From: Utricularia gibba
Lineage: Eukaryota; Plantae; Magnoliophyta
Direction of reading: 5' to 3'
Assembly: GCA_002189035.1 (NCBI GenBank)
Contig: NEEC01000015.1
Coordinates: forward strand, 2,294,001 to 2,358,000
DNA length: 64,000 nt
Shown: in pieces, positions 27,138 through 42,077 of the stretch
How the letters are laid out: every line of letters starts with the position of its first letter
Numbering within the stretch: position 1 is the first letter of the stretch
Made by a program: the position numbers and the translations under genes
Notes under the pieces: model-generated
Database searches by the model: none
Seen by the model: the letters and a program-made list of their open reading frames with translations, nothing else
What the model was told of the DNA's origin: nothing

Positions 27138-29467
27138 TCACACTGCGCCGGCGCCGGTCGGAGACTGAGGCGGAACCACCGTCCCGTATAATCCGAACCC
27201 CGCGATCGCAAAGAAGGCGGCTTGGGGGAAAAGGTATATGTAGTAGTTGTCAGCTCCGTAAATACGCCGTAGCAGCCGCATCCGAAGAGCAGCACAGACA
27301 TCGCCAGCTCCTGAAGCAGCAGGCTGGAAGTAGCCAACCCAGCAAAACGACGCTCACCAACTTGATGAGAAAAAGAGAATCGAGTGGCGGTGAGTTCACC
27401 TTTCGATAAAGCGTTTGAACGATGCAGATTTCTCTATTGCACGTGACTCGACACATTGCTTGTTCTTCAGGGCGTCGCCGAGTTTCCCAGTCACGATCCA
27501 CTCGTTTGCGCCTCTGGCACCCGTCAAGCCGACGATCAAGGCTTTAGTGCGGTGGAATGACATGATGTTTTCGAAGAGGACCCAAGGAACAGCAAGGTGC
27601 AGTGATCTGAACTTGGCGAGTAGGCAAATGCTGTACATGTCTTTTGAATGATTAGTGTGTCCTAACCTCGGGGTCGTGACCAGGGTGTTTATCGTTGCGA
27701 TGACGAACGTCGCGAGGATGGCTCCTCATTTGGGAACATCGACTTCAGGCACCATGCTGACCAAAGGAAGCACCACACAGTAAAAGAGGAAGGTGAAGGT
27801 TGTGCCAACAATCTTCCGGATAAAGAAGAAGTTATATATCATGTAGAACTTTTTCCAAAACGACACCTCCTGCAAAGGAGTAGATCATCGTCCCAGCTAA
27901 TGTATATATATTTCCAGAGATTGCTTATGCTAAAGATGAGTTCTTGACAAACCTGGTTCTTTGCGATCTCGGTCACAGTCTTCCTGAACAGATTCGATGG
28001 CCCTGAAGACCATCGGTGCTGCTGAGACCGGAAGGCTTTGAATGTACTGGGAAGCTCACTCTTGACCTGAACTTAGCTAAGCAAGTGTTGCCGATTTTAC
28101 TACTTGACAAAAGAATGCAGAAGCAGAATCTCACCTCAATTTCGCCGAGGTAGAGAAACTTCCAGCCTTTTAATCCGGCTCGAATGGCGAGATCCATGTC
28201 TTCCACTGTTGTTCTGTCATTCCAGCCCCCAGCTGATTCAATGGCTGCAAGTCTCCAAATTCCACCACTTCCTGAGATTATGAAGACACTTTCCAGTGTG
28301 GATTACTATAGAAAAAGGAATGAAAGAATTTCGGGATGCATCTACCATTGAAGCTAAAGAAGGAATGAACTGATGATCCGCCCTCCTGCTCGATCACGAA
28401 CTGGTAGTCCAAGGAGACCTCTTGCATTCTCGTCAAGAAGCACTCATCAGCATTTACTGCGGATTCACATTGCGGTCAGATTCTTTCAACGGCAAACTAA
28501 CTACAAAGTACGCCTCATTTCCGTCTGCTTCATTTTGATATGATCAAACACCTCACCGAATCTCCAGCGTGCCTGAACGAGCCCAATTTCCGGGTTGTGC
28601 ACCAGAAAGGGCATGGCTTGCATCAAAAAGTCGGGTTCCGGTTGGAAATCAGCATCGAAGATTGCAACAAATTCACAATCTTTTGTGTACTCGTGGTTCA
28701 AGCCTTGCTTAAGGGCTCCAGCCTTGAATCCTACCCTTGATTCTCTGATTTGATATCTGATGTCAATTCCTACACTAGCCCACCTCATGCATTCTTTCCA
28801 TATCAAATCCTGTTCATCAGCAACTTCCCAGATTCACATATTCCATTCAGAAACCAAATACACTACGGAATAATTTGACTGCATCTAAAGTTGACATACT
28901 TTGATGACAGGATCAGTGGAATCATCAAGTACTTGAATTATTAACTTCTCAGGCGGCCATGAAAGGTTGCATGCTGCGCCAATGGAAACCTTGTAAACCT
29001 GGAAAAAAAAGGGGGCACCATTACCGAGAAAACTCATGCTTGAAAATGGACAAAACCAGCTGCCCTGTAAGCATGATTCTAACCTCTATTTCATTATAAA
29101 TTGGAATCTGAACCAGAACCATGGGGAAATTCTCCAAGTCACCATCCATTGTTTCCCATTTGTATCTCTCAGCAGGCTTCGTGCGAACTAGTTTAGCAAG
29201 AGCAGCAAGGAGCATCATATGGACCCACTCCACGAACAACAGGAAAGAACAGGTTAAGCAAATGTAAAGAGCAACTCTTAGCACTGGAACTACAAACCGA
29301 GTTTTCGCCAACTTCCAGAAAGGAGCAATTCTAACTTCTAGTGCATCTGGGGTACGAAGAAATTCTAGCAGAGCACTCATTGAAGAAGACAAACCCCATT
29401 TTCCTTCATACAAATGCAAGAAAGAGAGGCTGCTCAAGTTCCCACTTTGCATCTCAAGTGATCTCAT
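27138..29467 (-). pseudogene. CSLA: Second tandem CSLA copy, divergent, with in-frame TGA at a conserved Trp; pseudogene or assembly error
   Basis: Same exon structure and GT2 motifs ([40 protein letters not shown]). Exon 7 reads VPK*GAI (TGA at 27726-27728) where the paralog has VPKWGAI. The last exon also needs one extra base at 27260-27262. Confidence 0.75.
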
Positions 29468-30693
29468 GGATCTAAACCTACTTTTCAACTCATATCACTA
29501 CCCCTTCGTCATAAAATGGACAATTTGTATCACAGAGGGGAAAAGTCTGCAACTTCAGTAGAAATTGAAGGATTCCCTCCGCTCAACTTACAACCCTTCC
29601 ACATAAATACACTGTCCCAGATGCAGAAGGACATTCAAGAACGAAAAAACAAAACAAATCATTGGGCCCTCTTAAGAGTTAAAATCTTTCCGGGGGTGTG
29701 AGTGAATTCAACTCACAACAGCTAGCTCTTCCAGAGAGGAATGACAAACAAGTTCTCATCACATTCGTTGTAAATGCATATGAGTTGTTGTGGAGCGTGA
29801 ATAAAAGCATCAACTACCCACGCCCATGGCCCTCCCCTCCCAAACGAGGAACAACCTAAATGCTTTCAAAATCTTGTGGGGCTCTCACTAAAATTTGATA
29901 GGTACTTTTTGTTGGGAATGGGCTCCCTTTTACTTTGTGGGTGCTTTTTCAGGGAATTCATGTTCGTTACATTTCATCTGGATTTGAATTCCTCTGGACT
30001 CAAGAATAGACAACATCGGAAATCTGCAAAAACTCGAGATACTGAACTGGGAAGTTCCTTAACCATGCACTAAAGAAGACAATTTTACGGGTCGAAATTC
30101 GGATCCGATTATCAATGATTGTATTTAGGGAAGAATGATTCCTTAAACTACTTACTATACACGTGTTTTCATTAGCAATTTATCATAGGTAATTTTTGAC
30201 AATATTAAATGGATTATTCATCTATTTATACTAAATTAAACCATTAAATACATTGATTACTCAATAATAAATTATATATTTTATAATAATTTCAATAAAA
30301 AATATTTAAAATATTTTTAATTTTTTTATTTCAAATAATTGACATACAAACATTGTCTTTATAGTTCAATTTAATTTTAGATGGCATATATTATTTGTAA
30401 TTTACTTTATATTTATAATTTTTTTATTTTACTATTTTTTAAAAAGCTTTAATATGTTTCAATTATACTTAAACAAGAGAACCTTGTAGTAAACTTCATT
30501 TGAATTTTGGGGGTCGAATATGCGAATATAGAGAAGATGGGGGGTGGGAGGGTGTGTGTCTTAAACGAGGAGGGATGTGGTTGTCCGTAATTAAGGTTAG
30601 TTGAGGGGGGATTGAGTATTTTATTAGAAGTTCTCTGTGCACCTACACCAACTCAGCCGCCAATGCTGGCCGGAGAAACCTACGCTTATATGT

Positions 30694-32809
30694 ATGTCCG
30701 GCGGCGCAGTAACCTTCTGTAGCTTGGAAAAAATGTCGTCTCTCTTCATCGGCGTCGGGGTACCAATGAAGACGGAGCTTTTTCAGCTGCCCACGAGCAG
30801 GAGCTGCGTTCAGGAGAATGGTGCTCATTTCGTGTTTTCGCAGTGGAATCGGCCGATTGATCAACTCCCGCGAGGGGATTTTCGGCTACTGTGCACGCAT
30901 CCGGGGAGTTGGAGAGACACAGTTCAGTTTCCGGCTGGTAGTTTGGAGAAAAAAGATGATGAATTTGATTCAGGAGGAGACGGAGGGAGTGGTCGGCCTT
31001 TTGTTGGTGGGGGTGGCAATGCTGGCGGGGACGACGATGACGACTATGAGGAAAAGAATTTTGGGCCATTAATGAAGTTCGACGAGGTATTAGCTGTGAC
31101 GGAGGCTAGAGGTGCTGTTCTTCCAGCTGACATGCTTGAATCTGCGAAATCCTCGGGGCTTCGGCAGATATTTCTTGACAGATATTTGGATTTGCAGGTG
31201 GGATTCTAGTCACGTGGATTAGGGTTTAAGTCAAAAACTTAATTTGTTGGTATATGTATGATTACAGTGGAAGCATTGTTCTTTTTCCGTAATATTGCAG
31301 GATTCAGTATGGCCCTTGAGATTTTTGATGAGACATTGGTCAGTTCTTCGAAACCGAATGCTGGCGGATCCCTCTTTCTTGTTCAAAGTTGGAACGGAGG
31401 TGCGTTTGTTTCTTAGGAAGATGGAAGTTTTTAAAATTTAATTATCAAATGAATGGATCATCAGCTTTGCGATTTCTCCATGCTCGATTTTCCATCTATA
31501 TATGTTTTGTGTGCAGGTGGCCATCGATTCATGCTGTGCCACGTTTGCAGAAGTCCAGAAAAGGGGGAAGGATTTTTGGACTGAGTTTGAATTGTATGCA
31601 GCCGATCTGTTGGTAGGCATTGTTGTTGATGTTGCTCTGGTTGGTATGCTGGCTCCTTATGTGCGTTTTGGGAAGCAGTCAACATCTAGTGGTTTTATTG
31701 GCCGGCTACAGCATAATTTTGCTGCTCTACCAAGCAGGTCAACCTTTTTTTTTTTTCATTCTCTTTGAGCTTAACGCATCACACTCTGTATGTGGCTACA
31801 TATTTTAAGCACGTTGGCCTGCAGTGTGTTTGAAGCCGAAAAACCAGGAGTTCGGTTTTCAATCCAGCAGAGAATAGCCACTTTTTTCTACAAGGTACGA
31901 GTACCTGTATGTTTATCCGATCCTTCCTTTTCGAAAAAATGTTGACACCTCATCTGGATCCAGGCTATATTATATGGCTCAGTGGGATTTGGTTGTGGTA
32001 TTATCGGCCAAGGCATAGCTAACACGATAATGAATGCTAAAAGGTTAACCAACTTTTTCATAGATTTTGGTTCTTTTCCATCAGAGTATACTCTTGTTAC
32101 CGTGAATTCAAATGAGGCTAATATCCACTATGGAACTTCATTAATATTAACTCGCAGGAACTTCAAAAAGACTGAAGAAGATGTTCCTGTACCTCCTTTG
32201 GTCAAAAGTGCATTGCTTTGGGGTATGTTCTTTTTTTTTTTTTGGAAATTCCGCTGCTGTTGAGGCTAAGTTCAACTCTTATGTATTATCATCAGATGGT
32301 ATTTCTCACGAGAGAGACGTAGCTTCTATTAGACCTTGTGGTCAATATCTTGAATCAAATATAACTATGTGGATGGTCCCAATTTCACCTAGCCACTGCA
32401 TGTGGGATAGATAATTTGGACAAAAGCCTGTTAAATCTCAAGCTCTAATTTTTATCTGTTACTTTATGGGAATCCTCGAATCTTGTCAGCAATGTTTGCT
32501 ACATAGACTGTTTTTGCTGGTGTAGTTGATTACATAGCCTTTTCCAGGACCTATGATTCATGGTTTGAAACATACACTCTCAGCTGCTTGGTGGTTAATT
32601 TTTCAATTGTTTCAGGTGTCTTCCTTGGGGTATCTTCTAACGCTCGCTACCAAATCATAAATGGTTTGGAACAACTGGTAGAAGCCTCACCAGTCGTCAA
32701 GCGCACCCCGTTTGTTGCCAAGGCTTTCACAGTTGGTATTCGAACTGCCAACAACATCTATGGGGGGATGCAGTTCGTAGATTGGGCCAGATGGAGCGGG
32801 GTTCAGTAG
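30694..32809 (+). CDS. RER1: RETICULATA / RETICULATA-RELATED 1 chloroplast envelope protein (DUF3411)
   Basis: Gly/Asp-rich linker, RNRMLADPSFLFKVGTE, IDSCCATFAEVQKRGKDFWTEFELY and C-terminal YGGMQFVDWARWSGVQ. Start codon and RE versus RER1 orthology are uncertain. Confidence 0.9.
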
Positions 32810-33169
32810 AGCATATCCTCTTGACTTCAATGGCGTACATGGCCGCCACCCCGGAAGTCTCCAAATCTCTCACCTTCCCTTTCAACTTGATTGTGTACCC
32901 AAGGTTGAGCCTATTTTTGAAGTGGAATTAGAACCCTGTGTTGTTTATCAGTTCAATGGTAATCTTCATCAGATGTGGGCATTTTGCTTGCTTCATATGT
33001 TCTCTGGTCTCAGAAAATGGAAAATGTAACACAAATTGGCAACAACTTCAACATTATATGGTAGCGACTGAGAGGAAAATCTAATGGAATTAGCAATGAA
33101 TGTAATGAAGAAATGGAGAAAGAACTGGAGGGCGGGGGCACTCCAAACGGTTGGTTAGAGCATTCGACT

Positions 33170-35666
<2,497 letters not shown>

Positions 35667-36179
35667 TTATCGATGCCAGCAACACCTCCCCTGGCCAATC
35701 AACTGTAAGAAAAAACCCACACAATATTGTACCTAAACAAAAAAAACTATAAGGGGCAAAACAAAACTGTTTTTATAGTATCAGCAGCGGGCTAATGCTA
35801 TTCGTGGGCTCCTTTTAAGACACTGGGCTGAGTCTTTTTAATGTCCAGTTGGATAAATAGGCCTGTTATTACAGCCCACATTAATTGCTTGAAATAAATT
35901 TAGATGTTTTTTTTTTTAACGGAAAATGACAGAGAAGATTTTTCTCCAACTCCGGCGAATGAAGCTCGAGAAAAACAAGGGTTGAAGATGTTCCCTTGCA
36001 CGCAAGGTCTTCTTCTACACTGCAGCAAGGCCTTCCACAGTCAGCCCTTGAGACGCACACGGTTTTTTTCCTTCCCAAAACAATGGTCCTGTTACTCCTA
36101 GGATTCTAAATTGATAACAAGGAGAGGTTTTTATAAGTATGCCGCTCTCTCTATTTTTTCCATGCAACCACAGACTGGT

Positions 36180-38436
36180 ATGGCTGCAGATACGCTGTCT
36201 ATATTCACTTCTTGCGCGGTCACGCCATGTGTTCCTCGCTTTTGTCTTCGCCCTCGCGTCGTTTGCAGTTTTCCCTCAAGAAGAAACAGTAGATTTTCCA
36301 AGAATTTGCTGCGTGTAGCTGTACCGCAATCCTCCCCTGCCTCCACGGTTTCTGAAGAAAATCAACAATGCACAGACCCTATAATCGAATCAGACGAGAC
36401 CCCACCAACGGTTTTTTCATGGAGAGATCATTGGTACCCTGTTTCGCTTGTGGAAGACCTGGACCCCCGCTATCCCACTCCGTTTCAGCTGTTGAACCGG
36501 GATCTTGTTCTCTGGTTTGATCAATCTTCTTCACAGTGGGTTGCTTTTGATGATAAATGTCCTCACAGGCTCGCTCCTTTATCGGTAATTCGCCTAAAGA
36601 ACTTTCTTTCTAAAGTTTTCCCCTTTTTTGCTGCGATCAGTGAATCTTATTCCAAATCGGATTGTATCCCAAATCAAGCCAAATATTCTTACGTTCAAAC
36701 TGAAACCTGGTTTTAAGTGATCACTTAAGAAGGTTCTAACTTTATAGGAAGGTAGACTCGATGAAAATGGGCACTTGCAGTGTTCATATCATGGATGGTC
36801 CTTTGATGGAAGTGGTTCATGTACCGTGATCCCTCAAGCAGCATCAGAAGGTCCGGAGGCTCGTGCATTCAAGTCACCGAAGGCGTGTGCTACTAGGTTT
36901 CCTACGTTAGTTTCTCAAGGGCTTCTCTTTGTTTGGCCAGATGAGAATGGTTGGGAGAAGGCTAAGGCCACAGAACCTCTCAAGTAATTTATCCTGCAAA
37001 TTTCATTCGCTAGTTGGTACAAGGATGATCCCTTTAATTCTTGTGCGTGTTCCTTTCATTCTCAGGTTGCCTGATGATTTCAATAATCCGGAATTCTCTA
37101 CAGTTACAATTCAGCGTGATTTGTTCTATGGCTATGACACTCTTATGGAGAATGTTTCTGATCCTTCCCACATCGACTTTGCTCACCACAAGGTTAGTTG
37201 TGTAGAACATCGTATGCTTACCATCCTATATGCTTGTTGGTTTTTCGGTCTGAGTGTTTATTTCTGCCTTTATTTTTATGGCATGTATTGTCCACCTCTG
37301 GCATGCCAAAACTAACAGGTCACTGGTAGAAGGGATAGAGCAAAGCCTTTGCCATTTAGGATGGAGTCAAGTGGACCGTGGGGTTTTTCTGGTTCCAATG
37401 ACGACAACCCAAAAATCATTTCCAAATTTATTGCTCCATGCTATGCCAGGAACAAGTAAGTGCTAGCAATTTTTGAATGATGAATACAGGTGCCATATCT
37501 GTTATTTTTACTCCTGGCTCTTTCAGCTCATCATTTTGGTTGTTTCTTCTTGTGATTGAAAGGATTGAAATTGATACAAAGCTTCCGTTTTTCGGTGAGC
37601 AAAAGTGGGTTATATGGATTTGCTCCTTCAACATTCCGATGGCACCCGGAAAGACACGCTCAATAGTTTGCAGTGCTAGAAACTTTTTCCAGTTCGCTAT
37701 GCCAGGACCTGCTTGGTGGCAAGTAAGAATTTCTACTGCTCTATAGTGTTCAATGAAGGAACTTTCCAATCTCCTGATATCTGAGTTCTGGTTTCGATGT
37801 CATTTTGTTGATTCCGAAACAGGTGGTTCCCCGTTGGTACGAGCACTGGACATCAAACAAGGTGTACGATGGAGACATGATAGTACTTCAGGGACAAGAA
37901 AAGATCTTTCTTGCACAGTCGGGTGAAGATTTCAGGGATGTAAACGAGGAGTACACAAAAATAACATTCACTCCCACACAAGCAGATCGTTTCGTTCTGG
38001 CATTCAGGAACTGGCTTAGACGACATGGTAACAGCCAACCTCAGTGGTTTGGAAGTACTTCCCAGCAGCCATTACCATCCACCGTCTTGTCCAAACGCCA
38101 GGTACTGATTCCATTCGAATTTCATCAATATGTGTACATCCCCATCGTTTACTCCATCTATGCATTTGCATATCACAGATGCTGGATAGATTCGAGCAGC
38201 ACACACTGAAATGTGCGTCGTGTAAGAGAGGATACGATGCATTCAAGGCATTGCAGAAAGTGTTGATTGGTGCAACCATTGTTTTAATGGCAACTGCGGG
38301 GATTCCTGCAGACATGACATGGCGGGTAACTCTAGCTGGTGCAGCTATTCTTAGTGCTGCATTGGGTTATGCTGTGAATAGGCTGCAGAACAATTTTTTG
38401 TTTGTGGATTATGTGCATGCTGACATTGATGATTAA
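36180..38436 (+). CDS. PAO: Pheophorbide a oxygenase, chloroplast (Rieske oxygenase)
   Basis: Rieske motifs DKCPHRLAPLSEG and LQCSYHGWSF, mononuclear Fe site ENVSDPSHIDFAHH, C-terminal CASC and DYVHADID. The exons I traced are intact. Confidence 0.97.
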
Positions 38437-38880
38437 TTCAATGCTCTTGTACAATGATATATTGCATGTCCAGAAACACTGAATGAATACAAAGAGAAAT
38501 TACAGGATGGCAGAGTGTGCCATTTCTCATCATACACCATATAAAGAAAAAAAAAGCAGTAGTAAGCATTGAGCCTTGAATACTCTTGCCTGTGTTCTAC
38601 TATATTCTCATTGATTTCGTGATGAATTACACATCTAAGAAGGAATTCACAAATTTTGGTTGTTCTGAGGACTTCTAAACTACGAGTCTTTTTCATATGA
38701 ATTGAATACTCATTGAGAGGAAGAAGCTAAGATGCACCTTGATCCTTGTAACATACCCTGCGAAAGCCTGCCATTTTTTTTTTCTGTTATATAGACTTGG
38801 CAGTTTGTATCACAACACGGGCACCAGAACCAAGTCTGCAAAGAGAGGACCAGGTTCAAATTTTCAAAGTCGTGCTCATT

Positions 38881-40621
38881 TCAGTAAAGCCTGAGAGGTA
38901 TACAAGAAAAAGCTATAGTAATTTTTCTTACCTTTCTTCAATCTTTTTTAGATTTCCCTCTTGGCTTGTAGAGAGTGCTTCTCTGATGATCATTCGCCCG
39001 CTTCCATGCGTTGATGCATCCTCGTGTGCAAATCGTGAACTTCCTATTCCCCAGGGAGATAAAGTTTGGTCACTTGTTTTCTCACTTGATTTGTCTAAAC
39101 CGGTGTGAAGTGCTCGTCTGCAAAGCGATCAGTTTCAGAAGATTGAGATGATTCCCATGCTAATAAACTCTTCAAGAAAGTTTCCTCACCTTTCACCATC
39201 GGAAGAGGAGTGGTGATGATCCCTGAGGATCATGGTTTGAGCTAAGCTTTCACTGAAGTACTCCCTAGTTTCATCTTTCAAGCCGCTGATTCTGGGATTC
39301 TCTGTCTGCAGATCGGCCATGAATGAAGAGAACGCGGGGAAGACAACTTCGAATGTGCAAAGGAATGATTGTACGATGGAATCATATCGAGATTATGATC
39401 CTTCACATAAATGGAGCCACAGGAGATCAGCTGCATGATCAGATTTGCAGGCTTCAGCTTCATTCCATGCTGTGCTCTAGGCCCCTCTCTTTCTGTGAAT
39501 CTTCTGATGGTCTTAAGCTTATGAATATCGTCTCGAATGAGAGATTCCAAGGTACCAGTCATGTATCCAGGGAGGAAATCACTGGATGCCGAGAGAGGAG
39601 TCGACCCCAGCTCCCTGCACATCTCTGAATTCCCTTTGATTTCAAAACTCTGTTTCTCATTACAACCTTCAATCAAAGAGCGTTCTTTCGCGCAAGCCTC
39701 TTCTGCAACTCTCAGAGCTTCGACATCGGTCTGTGTCGATGCATCCACAAAGCGGGAATCACAGTTCACTGAGGACTCCTTCATGATGATGGGAGGAGAA
39801 TCAGGAGATGCTACAGATGAGCTATACCGGTACCGGAGATGTGTAGGGGAATGATACTCAGTGTGACTGTTTCTTCTTCTTCTTCTGCCGTTCAAGTATG
39901 ATGACGATGAAGATTCGTCCCGGATTCGAGTCTCCGGCCGTTCTTTCAGCTTGTTCAAAGCAGCGGTTCCAGCAGGACTAAACCCATCTAGCAAAGAAAC
40001 ACAACACAGGTTCAGAAGGAAATAGCTAGCTTGCTTAGCCATGGTAGCACTGAAGAAGTACCTGAATATGGTTCTTCAATCAGCTCTGAGCCTTTGAGAA
40101 CATATTCATCGCCATGGGCGGGAAGAATCAGATCATCTTCAGAGATATCATGCCATACATATCCATTCCTGTAACTCCTGCATCGACAGAAAACACCGAA
40201 TCAATCTTGGAGACATGCCACTGAAATTACAGTGTGAACAGAGACAGGTTACCTCTTGCAGGACCAAGAGTACCTTGCGGCCATTCCTCTGCCTCTAAGA
40301 ACATTCAGCCTCTCGATCACATCTACAAAAGAAACACAGAGAACCAAAATTTAAACAGCTGGTTTTGAATCAAAGGTACAAGCTTTGAGGGTAGATACCT
40401 CTTAAGTGAAGGCCATCAGGAGAAGATATCTGAACTTCCATGAAATGTGGATGCTCGAGCTGTCTGTTGCTCGATAGATAGTAAACTACAGGAACTTTAT
40501 TATTGCAATGTTGCTGTGCCTGCTGCAACTGCAAGTTATACTTGTAATTAGGAGATTTCTCAGTCCATAAATTTGCTCCTCCAGCACTAAGCTTTCCATA
40601 GTCGTGCTTCCTCCCTTCCAT
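38881..40621 (-). CDS. SOK: SOSEKI (DUF966, DIX-like) polarity protein, SOK3-like
   Basis: KVPVVYYLSSNRQLEHPHFMEV, RLNVLRGRGMAARYSWSCKRSYRNGYVWHD, EYVLKGSEL, DASTQTD and LMQLISCGS. One extra base at 39336-39339 recovers ENPRISG...EYFSESL. The C-terminal exons are less certain. Confidence 0.9.
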
Positions 40622-42077
40622 TTCTCTGATATAATCACAATTTCTCCCAGAAAACTAAATCTGGTTTCCCTTTCAACAGCAAGAGAGAAAACCCAGTTCC
40701 AGATTAGCCAGAAAAAAAAAAGGCAGAAGTAAGAGAAGGAGAATGCAGAGAGAAGAAGAGATGAGCAAGACAGAAATTTGAGAGGTGGGGGCGGAAGAAA
40801 AAGACTGAAGAAACAAAGATGAATAGCGAAAGGGGAAACAGTTATTTTGGAATATATGAAATCAAGGAAGATTCACTCTGATCCTCTGCAACTTTTGGTT
40901 CACTTTAAGAAACACCCAGAATTTTTACTTGGTTCACTCCGTGTGTCCAGCGCTCATTGCTGCCTTGCTCCATGATTACACCACAAATCACTCTACACTT
41001 TTAATCATCCGAAAACTTATTATTCTTCTCCTCCATTCCTGCCCAGCCACTGGACCATCCTCCAGTTGGACCAAAGAATCTTTCTTTTCCGTATCATGCT
41101 TAGCAGTACAAATTACAGAAGGTCGAAACTTTCGAATCACCCAGAAGGATTACTGGTCCAAATCATTATCAAAAACTGATGAGACGGAACGCAGCATTTT
41201 TATTACAAAGTTGGGTTGGATGATTGATATGGAAAGCACGACATGATGACAAATTGATGACAATGGCGCAATAGAATTCGATAGCGCATGTCGTGTGGTC
41301 CCCACATGCATACAACCAAACCATTACAGCCCCATCTAACTTCTTTTATTATTATTATTAAATATATTTTTTCTTCATAGCTTGTGACCGAACCCTCCGA
41401 TCATCAATTTTCATCATATTTTTAATGAATATATTTTAAATTAAATTTATATGATATTGACATCTACTCAATTCCAATCTTACATATTGATCCTTGATTG
41501 GTTTGTGACTTTTATATTATTTTTTATTTTTTAAAAAATTAATGTCACATTTAACGTCCCATCCGTGAAGAATGTGTAGGCAGAATGTGCAGGCGGTTGG
41601 GAGGATGATGGGGGCGACCGTTGAACTTGCAAAAGGAGATTTTTAAATATTATTAATAATATTGTGTTTTTTTGTAATTACAAAAGGAGATTTTTAAATT
41701 TTTAATTAACCACTAGGGGCGTGGTAAGTAACGAGCGTGGGGAATGGAATATTTGTACATATCTATAAGATATATATTATAAATAAAGAAATAAAATCCG
41801 ACCGGGAAAATGCGTGTAGGGCTGTAATAAATAGACAAAAAATATTATAAAATAGTGGACAGGTACTAAACTGCATTCAATGCATATCAGCGTCATTCAC
41901 GTGATTGATTAGTGGTTAGGGTTGTGTTTTGGGGTCGGCGGAACGACGTCGTTCGGATGCCCATCTTCATTAACTACACGAATATTTCGGAAGGCTGAAA
42001 ACCCGAATCAAACACCAGCATCGTACAACATGGGCATCATCCGCCCGCCTTGAAGCAGCAAAGGACGGCATCCGGCC

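Noticed and set aside
27726-27728. In-frame TGA read as selenocysteine or Trp
   Set aside because: Land-plant nuclear genes use the standard code and lack selenoprotein machinery; other genes here use TGA as stop.
37165-37175. USE-like TTCCCACATCG
   Set aside because: Lies inside a PAO exon (PSHID codons) with no TATA at the proper spacing.
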